Below, in pieces: positions 1-9,152 of a stretch of 31,615 nt of DNA. The DNA is from a virus (lineage: Duplodnaviria; Caudoviricetes), in IMG/VR virus record IMGVR_UViG_3300027697_000053, positions 1 to 31,615 of that record. One strand, written 5' to 3'. Each line of letters begins with the position of its first letter. Position 1 is the first letter of the stretch. A program made the position numbers and the translations under genes. Below the pieces are notes generated by a model. That model made no database searches and was not told where the DNA came from. It saw nothing but the letters and a program-made list of their open reading frames with translations.

Positions 1-1
1 C

Positions 2-163
2 AAACAGGTCGTACAGGCCTGCATCGATGGAGGAATACCATTTGACCAGATCATTGAAGAGTTTGGCTCCTGGACGCATATCAGCGTGCCAAACACCAAG
101 GACACCGCGCCCCGTAAGCAGGCGCTTATTATCGACAAAACAGGCACGAGAGCCTTTTCTTAG
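2..163 (+). CDS. C-terminal fragment of peptidase M15A-type endolysin (5' truncated by window)
   Basis: Frame 2 reads KQVVQACIDGGIPFDQIIEEFGSWTHISVP...RAFS*. FDQ.I.E...W.HIS is the typical C-terminal motif of phage M15 peptidases. Not in the ORF track. Confidence 0.75.
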   Translation, partial: KQVVQACIDGGIPFDQIIEEFGSWTHISVPNTKDTAPRKQALIIDKTGTRAFS

Positions 164-169
164 CATAAA

Positions 170-181
170 TTTGCATTAGTA
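170..181 (+). promoter_or_regulatory. Conserved phage promoter/regulatory motif TTTGCATTAGTA, copy 1
   Basis: Exact 12-mer, 25 nt upstream of the ATG at 207; GAGGAG RBS in between. Confidence 0.8.
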
Positions 182-206
182 TATAGCAAACTAACGAGGA
201 GACTCT

Positions 207-740
207 ATGTTACGACATCACCTGGCGGTGTACGCCTGCGCGATTGCGCTTGTCTGGGGCGTGTGTTTTCACGACCCCCTAGCTAAATGGGCCATGGCCA
301 GCACCCCATTCCAGTGGGTTGCCGACTCAACCGTTGAGCTAATTGAACACTTTGAGGGAAAGCGCTACCGCGCCTACCAAGACTACGGCGGCAACTGGAC
401 GACCGGCATTGGCCACCTAATACGCCAAAAGGATGCCCATTTGCTCCATAGGGAGCTTTCTGAGGCCGAGGTGGTGGGTATCCTACACCGGGACTTAGAA
501 AAGTGCTCTACGGCCCTAGAATCGGCTTTAAACAGCATTCCCAAGCGGCACCAGATAGACGCCCTGATGAGCCTGTGCCACAACATTGGACCGGACAACA
601 TGGCCCGATCTGAGGTAGTTAAGCACTTTAACGACGGCAACGTACACAAGGCCGGGGACGCGTTCCTTAACTGGAGCACCCCGCCGGTACTTAAAAAGCG
701 CAGACAAATAGAGCGCTCGTTGTTTTTAGCTGGGGCGTAA
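207..740 (+). CDS. Phage lysozyme (GH24) with N-terminal hydrophobic segment (possible SAR endolysin)
   Basis: FEG-x7-D-x5-T catalytic triad (HFEGKRYRAYQDYGGNWTTGIGH), DAL.S...NIG, C-terminal L..RR..ER.LF; N-terminal LAVYACAIALVWGVCF. Confidence 0.9.
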   Translation: MLRHHLAVYACAIALVWGVCFHDPLAKWAMASTPFQWVADSTVELIEHFEGKRYRAYQDYGGNWTTGIGHLIRQKDAHLLHRELSEAEVVGILHRDLEKCSTALESALNSIPKRHQIDALMSLCHNIGPDNMARSEVVKHFNDGNVHKAGDAFLNWSTPPVLKKRRQIERSLFLAGA

Positions 741-751
741 ACGCCCACTAT

Positions 752-763
752 TTTGCATTAGTA
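752..763 (+). promoter_or_regulatory. TTTGCATTAGTA motif, copy 2 (preceded by GGGCG-TAAA-CGCCC hairpin at 733-746)
   Basis: Exact 12-mer, 31 nt upstream of the ATG at 795. Confidence 0.8.
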
Positions 764-794
764 GATATAGAACCACTAACCTGAAGGAACCACC

Positions 795-1616
795 ATGGAC
801 GGCTTTAAATCATCACCAAAGATGCAGTGCTTCAAAGAAGGCGGCGCTGTTAAATATAAGTCACGCCACTCTGAGAAATCAGAGATGAGCGAAGACATTG
901 CACAAGACAAGAAGGTCGTCAAGAAGGCGTTTGCCATGCACGACAAGCAGTCACACGAGGGCGAGAAGACTAACCTGTCCAAGCTCAAAAAAGGTGGCCG
1001 CATGAAGAAAGAGGGCGGTTGCGTTGGTCGCTATAAGGACGGCGGTAAAGTAAAAAAATATAACATGGGCGGCATGGCATCTTATGACCAAGCAATGCAA
1101 GACCCAAAAGCTAAAAAAATGATGCGCGATGCAAGTTTAGCTAGAACATTAAAAGCCAACCCTATCAGCGAAACAGAACTTTCAAGTATTAGCGACAGCG
1201 GCGCAGCAAAAGGTTTGCGCAACTACGGCCGCATGTATAAGCAGGGATTGGGAATGAAACCTGATACCACCTACGAATACAAGAAGGGTGGTAAAGTAAA
1301 AAAGTGTGCTGAGGGTGGCTCGTTAAAATCTGTCGACGCAGAAGAGAACCCTGGCCTGGCCAAACTCCCAACCAACGTCCGTAACAAGATGGGCTACGCT
1401 AAAAAAGGCGGTAAAGTAAAAAAGTGTGCTGACGGCGGTATTGTAGACAATATTAAAGCCGTCGGTAAAAAATTGTACGAAAACGTGATGGGTACACCAG
1501 AACAAAACAAGGCAGCCGCCGAGCAAGAGAAGGCGATTGCAGAAAAAGATCCATCTAGCTACGAGGCAAAGTACCGTAAACTAACTGGTAAAAAACGCGG
1601 CGGAAAGGCTTGCTAA
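795..1616 (+). CDS. Lys-rich basic protein with about 10 Gly-Gly repeats (putative virion core polyprotein)
   Basis: 273 aa ORF with AAGGA RBS; repeats FKEGG, LKKGG, KKEGG, YKDGG, YNMGG, YKKGG, CAEGG, AKKGG, CADGG, KKRGG. Confidence 0.8.
   Translation: MDGFKSSPKMQCFKEGGAVKYKSRHSEKSEMSEDIAQDKKVVKKAFAMHDKQSHEGEKTNLSKLKKGGRMKKEGGCVGRYKDGGKVKKYNMGGMASYDQAMQDPKAKKMMRDASLARTLKANPISETELSSISDSGAAKGLRNYGRMYKQGLGMKPDTTYEYKKGGKVKKCAEGGSLKSVDAEENPGLAKLPTNVRNKMGYAKKGGKVKKCADGGIVDNIKAVGKKLYENVMGTPEQNKAAAEQEKAIAEKDPSSYEAKYRKLTGKKRGGKAC
1290..1432 (+). repeat. 23-bp direct repeat GGTAAAGTAAAAAAGTGTGCTGA at 1290-1312 and 1410-1432 (partial third copy 1044-1057)
   Basis: Read directly; 120-bp period; encodes GKVKKCA(E/D). 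Confidence 0.9.
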
Positions 1617-1617
1617 T

Positions 1618-1785
1618 ATGCCAATAGAGTCTAAACAACAGCAGAAGGCGATGTACGCCGCCGCGGCCGGTAAGTCAACCCTTGGTATCCCCAAGAAGGT
1701 TGGCAAAGAGTTTGTTAAGGCCGGCAAGGCAAAACCAAACCTTCCACAAAAAGTAACTAAACGCGCATCCGGCAGGGGACGTTAA
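1618..1785 (+). CDS. Small basic phage protein, 55 aa ([36 protein letters not shown]...)
   Basis: Translated by hand; fills the gap between 1616 and 1789; below the ORF-track cutoff. Confidence 0.8.
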   Translation: MPIESKQQQKAMYAAAAGKSTLGIPKKVGKEFVKAGKAKPNLPQKVTKRASGRGR

Positions 1786-1788
1786 TTT

Positions 1789-2856
1789 ATGGCCTACTCT
1801 GGTACAACTAACCAGACCAAGATCAACGTAGATCAGTTGATATCGTACGCATACCGCGATGCCGGCAAGACGGCAGAAGAGATTACGCCCGAGTATATCG
1901 ACGCCGGCAAACAGGCACTATTTTACATTTTACAAAATCTATCTAATCGCGGCGTTAACCTGTGGCTATTAGAAAACTATCTGTGCGGCGCGGTAACTGC
2001 CCAGCAGCAATTAGTTTTGCCACCAGGCACTATTGACGTGCGTGAGTCAAACTGGGTATACATTATTAACTCAGAGGCTGCCGAGTATTTGCCCACGGCT
2101 AACGTAGACTCTCCCGCCGTGTTTGACCAAAATTTAGACTTAGTGTCTACATCCACTTCTGGCCAGAATTGGTTTGGTTTAGAGTACCAGACAGCACAAC
2201 CCGTGTTTTACGTTGGCTTTAATGGCTACGCCTCTGGCGGTGGCACGACAACGTACAACTTTGCGTACGAAGTCAGCGACGATGGGATAACCTGGACAAC
2301 GGTCGAGCAGTTCCCAGCGACCACGCTATCAGATCGTGAGTGGGCATATTACAATATCAGCACCACACCAAACCATTCGTTTTATCGGTTACGTGAAACC
2401 GTGGCTACCACGTTCTCAATCCGTCAGATTGTATTCTCAACCAGCCAGCAAGTCATTCCATTGGCGCGCCTAAACCGTAACGACTACTGGAACCTCCCAA
2501 ACAAACAGTTTCCATCGGTTCGCTCGTTGCAGTATTGGTTTGATCGCACCATCGTGCCGTCAATGTACCTATGGCCAGTGCCGAACAACGACTTCCAAAT
2601 GTTTCAATTAATCATTGAAAAAGAAATGCAAGACGTTGGTTCGTTAACTAACGAACTATATGTACCAAACCGTTGGATTGGTTCTGTACAAGCAAGTTTG
2701 TCACACAAACTGGCATTGCAATTACCACAAATTGATTTAAACCGTGTGCAGTATTTAGAGACACAGGCCACTAAATTAGAATACGACGCGGCACAAGAAG
2801 AGCGTGACAAGTCACCAATCTACTTCCAACCTAACATAAGCTACTATACACGATGA
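1789..2856 (+). CDS. Putative head-tail adaptor/tail tubular protein with internal discoidin-like beta-sandwich insertion
   Basis: 355 aa. Helical N- and C-terminal parts typical of podoviral adaptors (NRGVNLW, Y..LPNK, LWPVP, LSHKLA); middle has VFDQN...W...EVSDDGITWTTV...FYRLR. Confidence 0.6.
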   Translation: MAYSGTTNQTKINVDQLISYAYRDAGKTAEEITPEYIDAGKQALFYILQNLSNRGVNLWLLENYLCGAVTAQQQLVLPPGTIDVRESNWVYIINSEAAEYLPTANVDSPAVFDQNLDLVSTSTSGQNWFGLEYQTAQPVFYVGFNGYASGGGTTTYNFAYEVSDDGITWTTVEQFPATTLSDREWAYYNISTTPNHSFYRLRETVATTFSIRQIVFSTSQQVIPLARLNRNDYWNLPNKQFPSVRSLQYWFDRTIVPSMYLWPVPNNDFQMFQLIIEKEMQDVGSLTNELYVPNRWIGSVQASLSHKLALQLPQIDLNRVQYLETQATKLEYDAAQEERDKSPIYFQPNISYYTR

Positions 2857-3473
2857 GCGGCGCATATCAAATGACCTACAGCAACCTGGTGGAGGACGTC
2901 CAGCGTTATATGGAACGTGACGACGCCGGATTTGTTGCGCAGATCCCCAGCTTAATTGGACTGGCTGAGTCGGCGATCGCCGCCGAATTAAAGTCTTTAT
3001 TACAATTAACTGTAGTAGAAACTCAACTGGCCACCAATCAAGACGTGTTAGATAAACCGGCGCGTTGGCGTAAGACGGTGTCAATGAAAATTAATGGCTC
3101 ACCAATACTATTGCGTTCACAAGATTACATAGCACAGTATCAGTCTGAATCCGCTAACGGGCAGCCAAAGTACTACGGCGAATATGACTACAACAACTGG
3201 AACTTTGCGCCAAAGCCAGACCAAGAATACGATGTAGAAATTATTTACTACAGCCTAATACAGCCGCTGGACTCATCTAATCAACAAAACTTATTTACCC
3301 GCGAGTGCCCCCAGGCGATGTTGTTTGGTACACTGTTGCAGGCGCAGGGCTACCTAAAGGCCCTAGACAAACTGCCTGTGTGGAAGGGGTACTACACTGA
3401 GGCACTGGCGGCGTTGAAGAAGGAAGACAACTCGCGTCGTATCGATAGAAATACTACGGTCCAGGAACCATAA
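2853..3473 (+). CDS. Putative phage head-tail adaptor (tail tubular protein A-like)
   Basis: 206 aa; MTYSNL..., I.LAE..I, GQPKYY, FAPKPD..Y.VEI.YY, LFGTLLQA pattern; ATGA overlap with upstream gene. Confidence 0.65.
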   Translation: MSGAYQMTYSNLVEDVQRYMERDDAGFVAQIPSLIGLAESAIAAELKSLLQLTVVETQLATNQDVLDKPARWRKTVSMKINGSPILLRSQDYIAQYQSESANGQPKYYGEYDYNNWNFAPKPDQEYDVEIIYYSLIQPLDSSNQQNLFTRECPQAMLFGTLLQAQGYLKALDKLPVWKGYYTEALAALKKEDNSRRIDRNTTVQEP

Positions 3474-3476
3474 ACT

Positions 3477-4739
3477 ATGCCAATTTACACATCACCGTTT
3501 ACCGGAACAGTCGTACAACCAACTGACGTATCGTACTACGAGCTTAACTTTAGCGCCAACGTAGAGCTTTTCTGGCCCGCCGTTGTAAATCCACAGCAGG
3601 TACCCGCCGCGCGTATTATCGACGCCACTCCGTCCACCTCCAATTTAGTTATCTCGTTACCTGCCGCAAACCAAGGCGCATTGGGCACCGACATCCTTAT
3701 CCGCAATCTAGGTGCAGATGATTTTACTGTAGAAGACTTTGACGGCACCGGATCTGTTTTAGTTGAGGTTGGTAAGTCAAAGTACTTTTACCTATCAGAT
3801 AACACCACAACCGCTGGTGTCTGGCAAAACGTAGAGTTTGGCGCCGGCACATCATCGGCAGATGCCGCCTCATTGGCTGGCGCTGGTTTGGTTGCCCTCG
3901 CAGGCAAACTAAACACCACACAAAACATTGTCGAGGTATCATCTCCCCCAACAATTACTGATGCCAGCCGCGCCAGTACATTTTTGTGGACCTCTGGCAA
4001 CGACACTGTTAACCTGCCAACGTCCACCAGTTTAACGGCCGGTTGGTTTATTGCGTTTAGGAACGCCGGAAACGGTACGCTAATATTTACGCCGCAGGGC
4101 ACGTCATTAATTAATGGTAACGCAGAGTTAAGTGTTAACCCATCTGAGTCTGGCTTTATTATATTCCAGCAATCGACTGGTGATTTCTTTACGGTTGGCT
4201 TGGCGATACCATCCAACGTAACGTTCACGTCGGCAACGTATGATGTGGACTCAATCGTTGGCAATACATTTAGTTTAGTGTCGTATGCCCCAATTATTCA
4301 AACATACGTGGCCTTGTCTGGCACACGCGCAACGCAATTAGATGTGGTATTGCCGGCGACAACACAATTGTATGTCTTGGTTAACAGCACGGGCCAGCCA
4401 TCATATACTATCACATTCCAAGTATCTGGCAGCTTACAGACGCCAATTAGTTTAGCGGACGGCGGAGTTGCCTTGGTGTTAAGTGACGGTAACTTTTTGT
4501 ATGTCATTAGCCAGACAACTACAACAACATTTTTAGCCATCAATGGATCTGCCGCCGCACCATCTTTTTCTTTTATTAGTGACAGTAATACTGGTATGTA
4601 TTTAGTTGGTACAAGCGTATTGGGACTATCTGCCAATTCAACGCAAATGCTAGAACTTGATAACAGTAACGTATTAAGTCCACAGGTATCAACACCGGCA
4701 ACATTTAACGCAGGATTAATTGGTGGCGGGACGTTCTAA
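3477..4739 (+). CDS. Beta-rich structural (tail/tail fibre-associated) protein
   Basis: 420 aa, Thr/Ser/Gly-rich, repeated LP...G...I.N units, C-terminal GSAAAPSFSF..D.NTGMY motif typical of tail fibre proteins. Confidence 0.6.
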   Translation: MPIYTSPFTGTVVQPTDVSYYELNFSANVELFWPAVVNPQQVPAARIIDATPSTSNLVISLPAANQGALGTDILIRNLGADDFTVEDFDGTGSVLVEVGKSKYFYLSDNTTTAGVWQNVEFGAGTSSADAASLAGAGLVALAGKLNTTQNIVEVSSPPTITDASRASTFLWTSGNDTVNLPTSTSLTAGWFIAFRNAGNGTLIFTPQGTSLINGNAELSVNPSESGFIIFQQSTGDFFTVGLAIPSNVTFTSATYDVDSIVGNTFSLVSYAPIIQTYVALSGTRATQLDVVLPATTQLYVLVNSTGQPSYTITFQVSGSLQTPISLADGGVALVLSDGNFLYVISQTTTTTFLAINGSAAAPSFSFISDSNTGMYLVGTSVLGLSANSTQMLELDNSNVLSPQVSTPATFNAGLIGGGTF

Positions 4740-6874
4740 TGGCTGGAGAAAACAAGCTACCAGATCAATATAATCTGGTCTACACGCTTGCCGTTCAACC
4801 CGGCATAAAACGAGACGGCACTGTATTTGAGTCACGTGAGTTTAGTGACGGAGAGTGGTGCCGTTTTCAGCGTGGCGTGCCCAAAAAAATTGGCGGTTAC
4901 CGTGAGTTGTTTGCCACACTTACCGGCATCCCACGCGGCATGGTCTCCAACTCATTTAACGGCGTTAACTATGTATTCGTTGGCAACCAATATGGATTAG
5001 AAGTATTTACAACAGGCACTACGTTTGGCGTTGGTAGTGGTCCGCTTACTGTAAATATTTTACCTGGCTACTCACCGTTTACTTTGGTGTCAAACACAAC
5101 CAGCCAGTTTGTTATCGCCGGTGACGTGACCGATGCGTTCCCCGCTAACATGGAGGTTATATTTGATGATGACCCCACTACGTCAACTACAGTCATTAGC
5201 TCATCATATTCGTCACCAAACACTACGGTAATTGTTACAACATCTAGCATTGCGGGATCGCCCACAACGGTGTCGTTATATGACGTAACGTTTACACCCA
5301 ATTCAAATCTATTGTGGCAGTTTGACTTACAGTACTCCCCAGCGGGTGGGTCACTACAAGTATTAGCACACCCGGGCCGTAATCTAGCAAACATTGACAG
5401 CGCGATACAGACCCAAGTATTAACCGGCGGACTACTACCCAACTCGTCAAACGAATGGAACTTCCAAGGTCTGGCTGATACTGGGGGACAAAACCCAACC
5501 TATCGTCCAATTGTAGTGGACGGTGGCGTGTGCGTACTGTACCCATACACCTTTGTGTACGGTTCGGATGGGTTTATCGCCAACAATAACGTCGACACAA
5601 ACACGACGCTAACAGATTATAATTTACAGACAATTACCGACTGGAACGGCCCAACGGCCAACCAGGTCAACATGGCCTCGTCTAAAATTATTAAGGGCAT
5701 CCCAGTGCGTGGTGGTACTAACTCACCGTCTGGATTGTTCTGGGCTACCGACAGTTTGATCCGTGTATCGTTTACCGGAACATCTCCGTTGTACTGGCGC
5801 TATGATATTATTTCTAGCCAGATCTCTACAATATCATCCTCATGCTTTGTTGAGATGGATGCTATTTTTTACTGGATGGGTGTCGACCGTTTCTACCAAT
5901 ACAATGGTGCGGTCTCTGTACTGCCAAATGATAAAAACGTAAACTGGCTATTTGACAACCTCAACTTTGTACAGCGCCAAAAGGTATGGGCCACTAAAGT
6001 ACCTCGGTATAACGAGATCTGGTTCTTTTATCCACGTGGCGACGCGACGGAATGTACCGACGCCATTATCTATAACGTTAAAGACAAGATCTGGTACGAC
6101 GCCGGAAGTGCTCCAGGTTCACGTAGATCGTGTGGATACACCACCGAGGTATTCCCAACACCGATCTGGGCCGGCTGGGAAAACATTAGCACATTTAGTG
6201 CACCGTTTACCGTGATTGACAACCCACCCAGCGAACCGGCACCAAATTTAGATCAGTTCTATTTGAATGGTAACGCAAGCATTACCTTTGGGGCGGGAGA
6301 TTATGTCGCCACGTCAAACGGAGAAAATCCAGAGGTATATAAAGTACTGACCAGTGAGTTTATATTCACATCCGCCGTGACGGCAACGAACCCCGAAGGT
6401 GTGACATTGATTACCGTGGCCGATGATTTTAATCCGGCGCTTGTCCCCGACGATCTGGTGTATTACATTGAGGGCGGATATCCGCTGTGGCAACAAGAGT
6501 TCGGTACAAACGCAATTACATTCAACCAAGAGTTTGCGGTTACGTCTAGCATCACGACCTGTGACATTAGTTGGGTTGGCGGAATACCATCACAAGACAG
6601 CGGAACCGGCGTAAACCGCAGGATGCACTTACGCCGCATTGAGCCAGACTTTGTGCAGTCCGGCACGATGGGCATGACTGTTTTAGGGCGTAAGTTTGCC
6701 AGGGGTGCCGTAGAAAATTCTGGACCATTTTACTTTGACCCAGACACCGGCAAAATTGATTTGCGTGTAGAGCACCGCGAAGTACGCCTTAAGTTTGAGT
6801 CCAACGTGTTAGACGGTAACTTTGAGATGGGCCGCCTGTTAATTACGGCAGAGTACGGCGACGAGAGGCCATGA
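4739..6874 (+). CDS. Putative tail nozzle / tail tubular protein B (beta-propeller)
   Basis: 711 aa; PGIKRDGT, RF.RG.PKKIGG at the N-terminus, YWMG..FY.YNG.V..LP, NEIWFFYP, IYN...WY; position in the tail module. Confidence 0.7.
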   Translation: MAGENKLPDQYNLVYTLAVQPGIKRDGTVFESREFSDGEWCRFQRGVPKKIGGYRELFATLTGIPRGMVSNSFNGVNYVFVGNQYGLEVFTTGTTFGVGSGPLTVNILPGYSPFTLVSNTTSQFVIAGDVTDAFPANMEVIFDDDPTTSTTVISSSYSSPNTTVIVTTSSIAGSPTTVSLYDVTFTPNSNLLWQFDLQYSPAGGSLQVLAHPGRNLANIDSAIQTQVLTGGLLPNSSNEWNFQGLADTGGQNPTYRPIVVDGGVCVLYPYTFVYGSDGFIANNNVDTNTTLTDYNLQTITDWNGPTANQVNMASSKIIKGIPVRGGTNSPSGLFWATDSLIRVSFTGTSPLYWRYDIISSQISTISSSCFVEMDAIFYWMGVDRFYQYNGAVSVLPNDKNVNWLFDNLNFVQRQKVWATKVPRYNEIWFFYPRGDATECTDAIIYNVKDKIWYDAGSAPGSRRSCGYTTEVFPTPIWAGWENISTFSAPFTVIDNPPSEPAPNLDQFYLNGNASITFGAGDYVATSNGENPEVYKVLTSEFIFTSAVTATNPEGVTLITVADDFNPALVPDDLVYYIEGGYPLWQQEFGTNAITFNQEFAVTSSITTCDISWVGGIPSQDSGTGVNRRMHLRRIEPDFVQSGTMGMTVLGRKFARGAVENSGPFYFDPDTGKIDLRVEHREVRLKFESNVLDGNFEMGRLLITAEYGDERP

Positions 6875-7122
6875 GTATCCAGAGCTTTTTTCCGATCAAC
6901 CCAGAGTATATGACATGGGAAAATTGGAACGGCAACTTCTTACATTACTTTAGCGAAGAGCCGATCATGTACGACACCGAGGATAACTGGAAACAGGTCG
7001 CCAAAAACATCAGCCAACTCACCACATTTGAGAGCTACCCGGTCCCAGACCCCGAGGCATTTAAGACGTGGCAAGAGTGGGCCTCGGCCCTTAGCTTTAT
7101 TTTAAACGGCCCAAGCACTTGA
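6871..7122 (+). CDS. Hypothetical tail-module protein, Trp-rich, 83 aa
   Basis: ATGA overlap with upstream gene; clean ORF. Confidence 0.7.
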   Translation: MSIQSFFPINPEYMTWENWNGNFLHYFSEEPIMYDTEDNWKQVAKNISQLTTFESYPVPDPEAFKTWQEWASALSFILNGPST

Positions 7123-7145
7123 TTTAGGGCGACAAATGTAGTATT

Positions 7146-7157
7146 TTTGCATTAGTA
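7146..7157 (+). promoter_or_regulatory. TTTGCATTAGTA motif, copy 3
   Basis: Exact 12-mer, 31 nt upstream of the ATG at 7189. Confidence 0.8.
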
Positions 7158-7188
7158 TAAGTAGAAGCATTTAACCAAAGGAGGCGAT

Positions 7189-7338
7189 ATGCACGGCCAA
7201 CCGACATTAAAATATCTAAACGATAAAGCATTCGCCGACGCTATCCTGGCTAAACACGCAAAAGATTCCGACCCCATAAACCGCGAATTTGCAAAGGTTG
7301 TGCAAGACACCTTAGCACGACTATCTAAAAACAAATGA
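7189..7338 (+). CDS. Small hypothetical protein, 49 aa (MHGQPTLKYLNDKAFADAILAKH...)
   Basis: Strong AAGGAGG RBS; ATGA overlap with 7335; missed by the ORF track. Confidence 0.75.
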   Translation: MHGQPTLKYLNDKAFADAILAKHAKDSDPINREFAKVVQDTLARLSKNK

Positions 7339-7697
7339 CACCGACAGAGATTATTACAGCTGACGCCATAGAGCGCAACATTGATCCCAATCAAATTCTT
7401 GTTTCTTTGAGAAAACATCTCGAAGCAAATGTGGCTGTCATGCTTAAAAAAAATGATTCCGTGCTTGTCCTAAAAGAACTCGAGGGCCACGCGATGGAGC
7501 TGCATTTATTTACAGAAGACGCGCCTTTAACCTTGGCTCGCTCCATTAAGTATTTCGTAGATAAGATTAAAGCGTCAGACATTGAAGCAGTTTACGGGAA
7601 AGCCGATAACGCCGAAATCATAGAGATGCTTAGGCGGTTGGGTATCCCCGTTGAAAACTCTGACCGTCCAGAATTTAATTGGATGGCGCGGGTATGA
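7335..7697 (+). CDS. Hypothetical protein, possibly GNAT-like fold as found before ejection-protein genes
   Basis: 120 aa; ELHLF and terminal MLRRLG pattern; gene position. The fold call is tentative. Confidence 0.5.
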   Translation: MTPTEIITADAIERNIDPNQILVSLRKHLEANVAVMLKKNDSVLVLKELEGHAMELHLFTEDAPLTLARSIKYFVDKIKASDIEAVYGKADNAEIIEMLRRLGIPVENSDRPEFNWMARV

Positions 7698-9151
7698 GAT
7701 ATAACCTCGAGACAATGCTCCCGCTCGGTGCCTTTGAGCACTGCGGCAATCGCCACATAAAACTTTATGGCGGCGGTGGTTCTTGGAATCCCGTAACCAT
7801 TGTTGAAAACGCTGTTAGTTCCGTAGGTGATGTGGTAAGCGATGTGGTTCAAGGCGCTGGCGATGTACTAGCAGACGTCGATGAATTTGTAGGCGACACA
7901 ATTCCTGGTGGTTGGACAACCGTTGCCTCTGTTGCCGTTCCTTATGCAGCTCCGTATGTAACAGGAGCGGCATTAACCGCTGGGCAAGCCGCCGCATTAG
8001 CCGCCGCAACAAGCGCAACCTCTGGGGCCGTACAAGGCAGAGACCCGGAAGATATTTTAAAGAATGCGGCTTTGGCTGCTGCCGGCTCTTATATTGGCAA
8101 GGGCGGGTTATCTGATAGTGGTGTCCCAAATTGGGACGCCGACATTACCGCCGGCGCTGAGGGTTACGCAAACGCCGCCGGTGCTGCTGGTGCAGGCGCT
8201 GGCTCTGGTTTAAGTGCTGACATGAACCTTGACGCTCCGTATGTGGACATGCCAGATGGTGAATACCTATTAAATGATGTAATAGATGAGGGTGGATTAG
8301 CACAGTACCCTGGCGATTCACAATACGAAGTACAAGATGTCCAAGAGCAGGCCAGAAATACTGACGTACCATCTGGTAGCTCAACGTCGTGGGATCGTGG
8401 CGACACATCGCTACCAAGCGCACAAGAAGCACTAAAGGCGGCCAATAGGGCGCGCCAGTTATACGGCATGCTAAGTGGTATTGGTGGGACAATGGTTGCA
8501 AGAAACGCGCCGGGGTTGAGCCAGTACACGACACCAACAACCACATCAGACCAGGGCGGCTTATCAAATTTTGGTATACCAAACCTAACCGCCGGGGTTG
8601 TTCGTGGCCAGCCCATTGACCTAAACATAGACCAATTTAATTCACCACTGTCACCGGTTAACGCCGCCGAGGGTGGTTACATACAGCACTACGCTGCGGG
8701 AAGTGATGTAGATTCATATACCGACACTAACTACCAAGACACCGTAACAGGATTAACAAAACTAAAACCAAATCTAATCCGGGGTAAGTCAGACTTTGGC
8801 TTGCAAAAATATTGGAACCCGCCCGCCGCATACGCCGACGGTGGATCTATTGAGGGGCATAACCCAGAGTTTTTTAGTGAGGGTGGGTTACAAAACCGCT
8901 ACGTAAAGGGCGCAGGTGACGGCACCAGCGATGACGTGCCGGCCATGTTAGCCAACGGTGAGTTTGTGATACCCGCCGATGTGGTATCTAAGCTAGGCAA
9001 CGGAAGTAACGACGCGGGCGCTAACATCCTCGATGAATTTTTACAGGTAATTAGAGAGCACGCACAGAACCACAGCCCAAAAGAATTACCGCCCGACTCA
9101 AAGGGTCCATTGGTGTATTTAACAGAAGCATCGCAAAGAGCAGAGGGATAA
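7694..9151 (+). CDS. Internal virion/ejection protein with Gly-Gly motifs and C-terminal GxGDGxSDxxPAMLxNGEFV domain
   Basis: Start moved to ATG 7694 (ATGA overlap). N-terminal ...LYGGGG leader, Ala/Gly-rich hydrophobic stretch, AAEGG/YADGG/FSEGG motifs. Confidence 0.7.
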   Translation: MRYNLETMLPLGAFEHCGNRHIKLYGGGGSWNPVTIVENAVSSVGDVVSDVVQGAGDVLADVDEFVGDTIPGGWTTVASVAVPYAAPYVTGAALTAGQAAALAAATSATSGAVQGRDPEDILKNAALAAAGSYIGKGGLSDSGVPNWDADITAGAEGYANAAGAAGAGAGSGLSADMNLDAPYVDMPDGEYLLNDVIDEGGLAQYPGDSQYEVQDVQEQARNTDVPSGSSTSWDRGDTSLPSAQEALKAANRARQLYGMLSGIGGTMVARNAPGLSQYTTPTTTSDQGGLSNFGIPNLTAGVVRGQPIDLNIDQFNSPLSPVNAAEGGYIQHYAAGSDVDSYTDTNYQDTVTGLTKLKPNLIRGKSDFGLQKYWNPPAAYADGGSIEGHNPEFFSEGGLQNRYVKGAGDGTSDDVPAMLANGEFVIPADVVSKLGNGSNDAGANILDEFLQVIREHAQNHSPKELPPDSKGPLVYLTEASQRAEG

Positions 9152-9152
9152 C

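Noticed and set aside
170-763. TTGCA as a sigma-54 -12 box
   Set aside because: The required GG at -24 is absent at the correct spacing in the copies checked (1 and 2).
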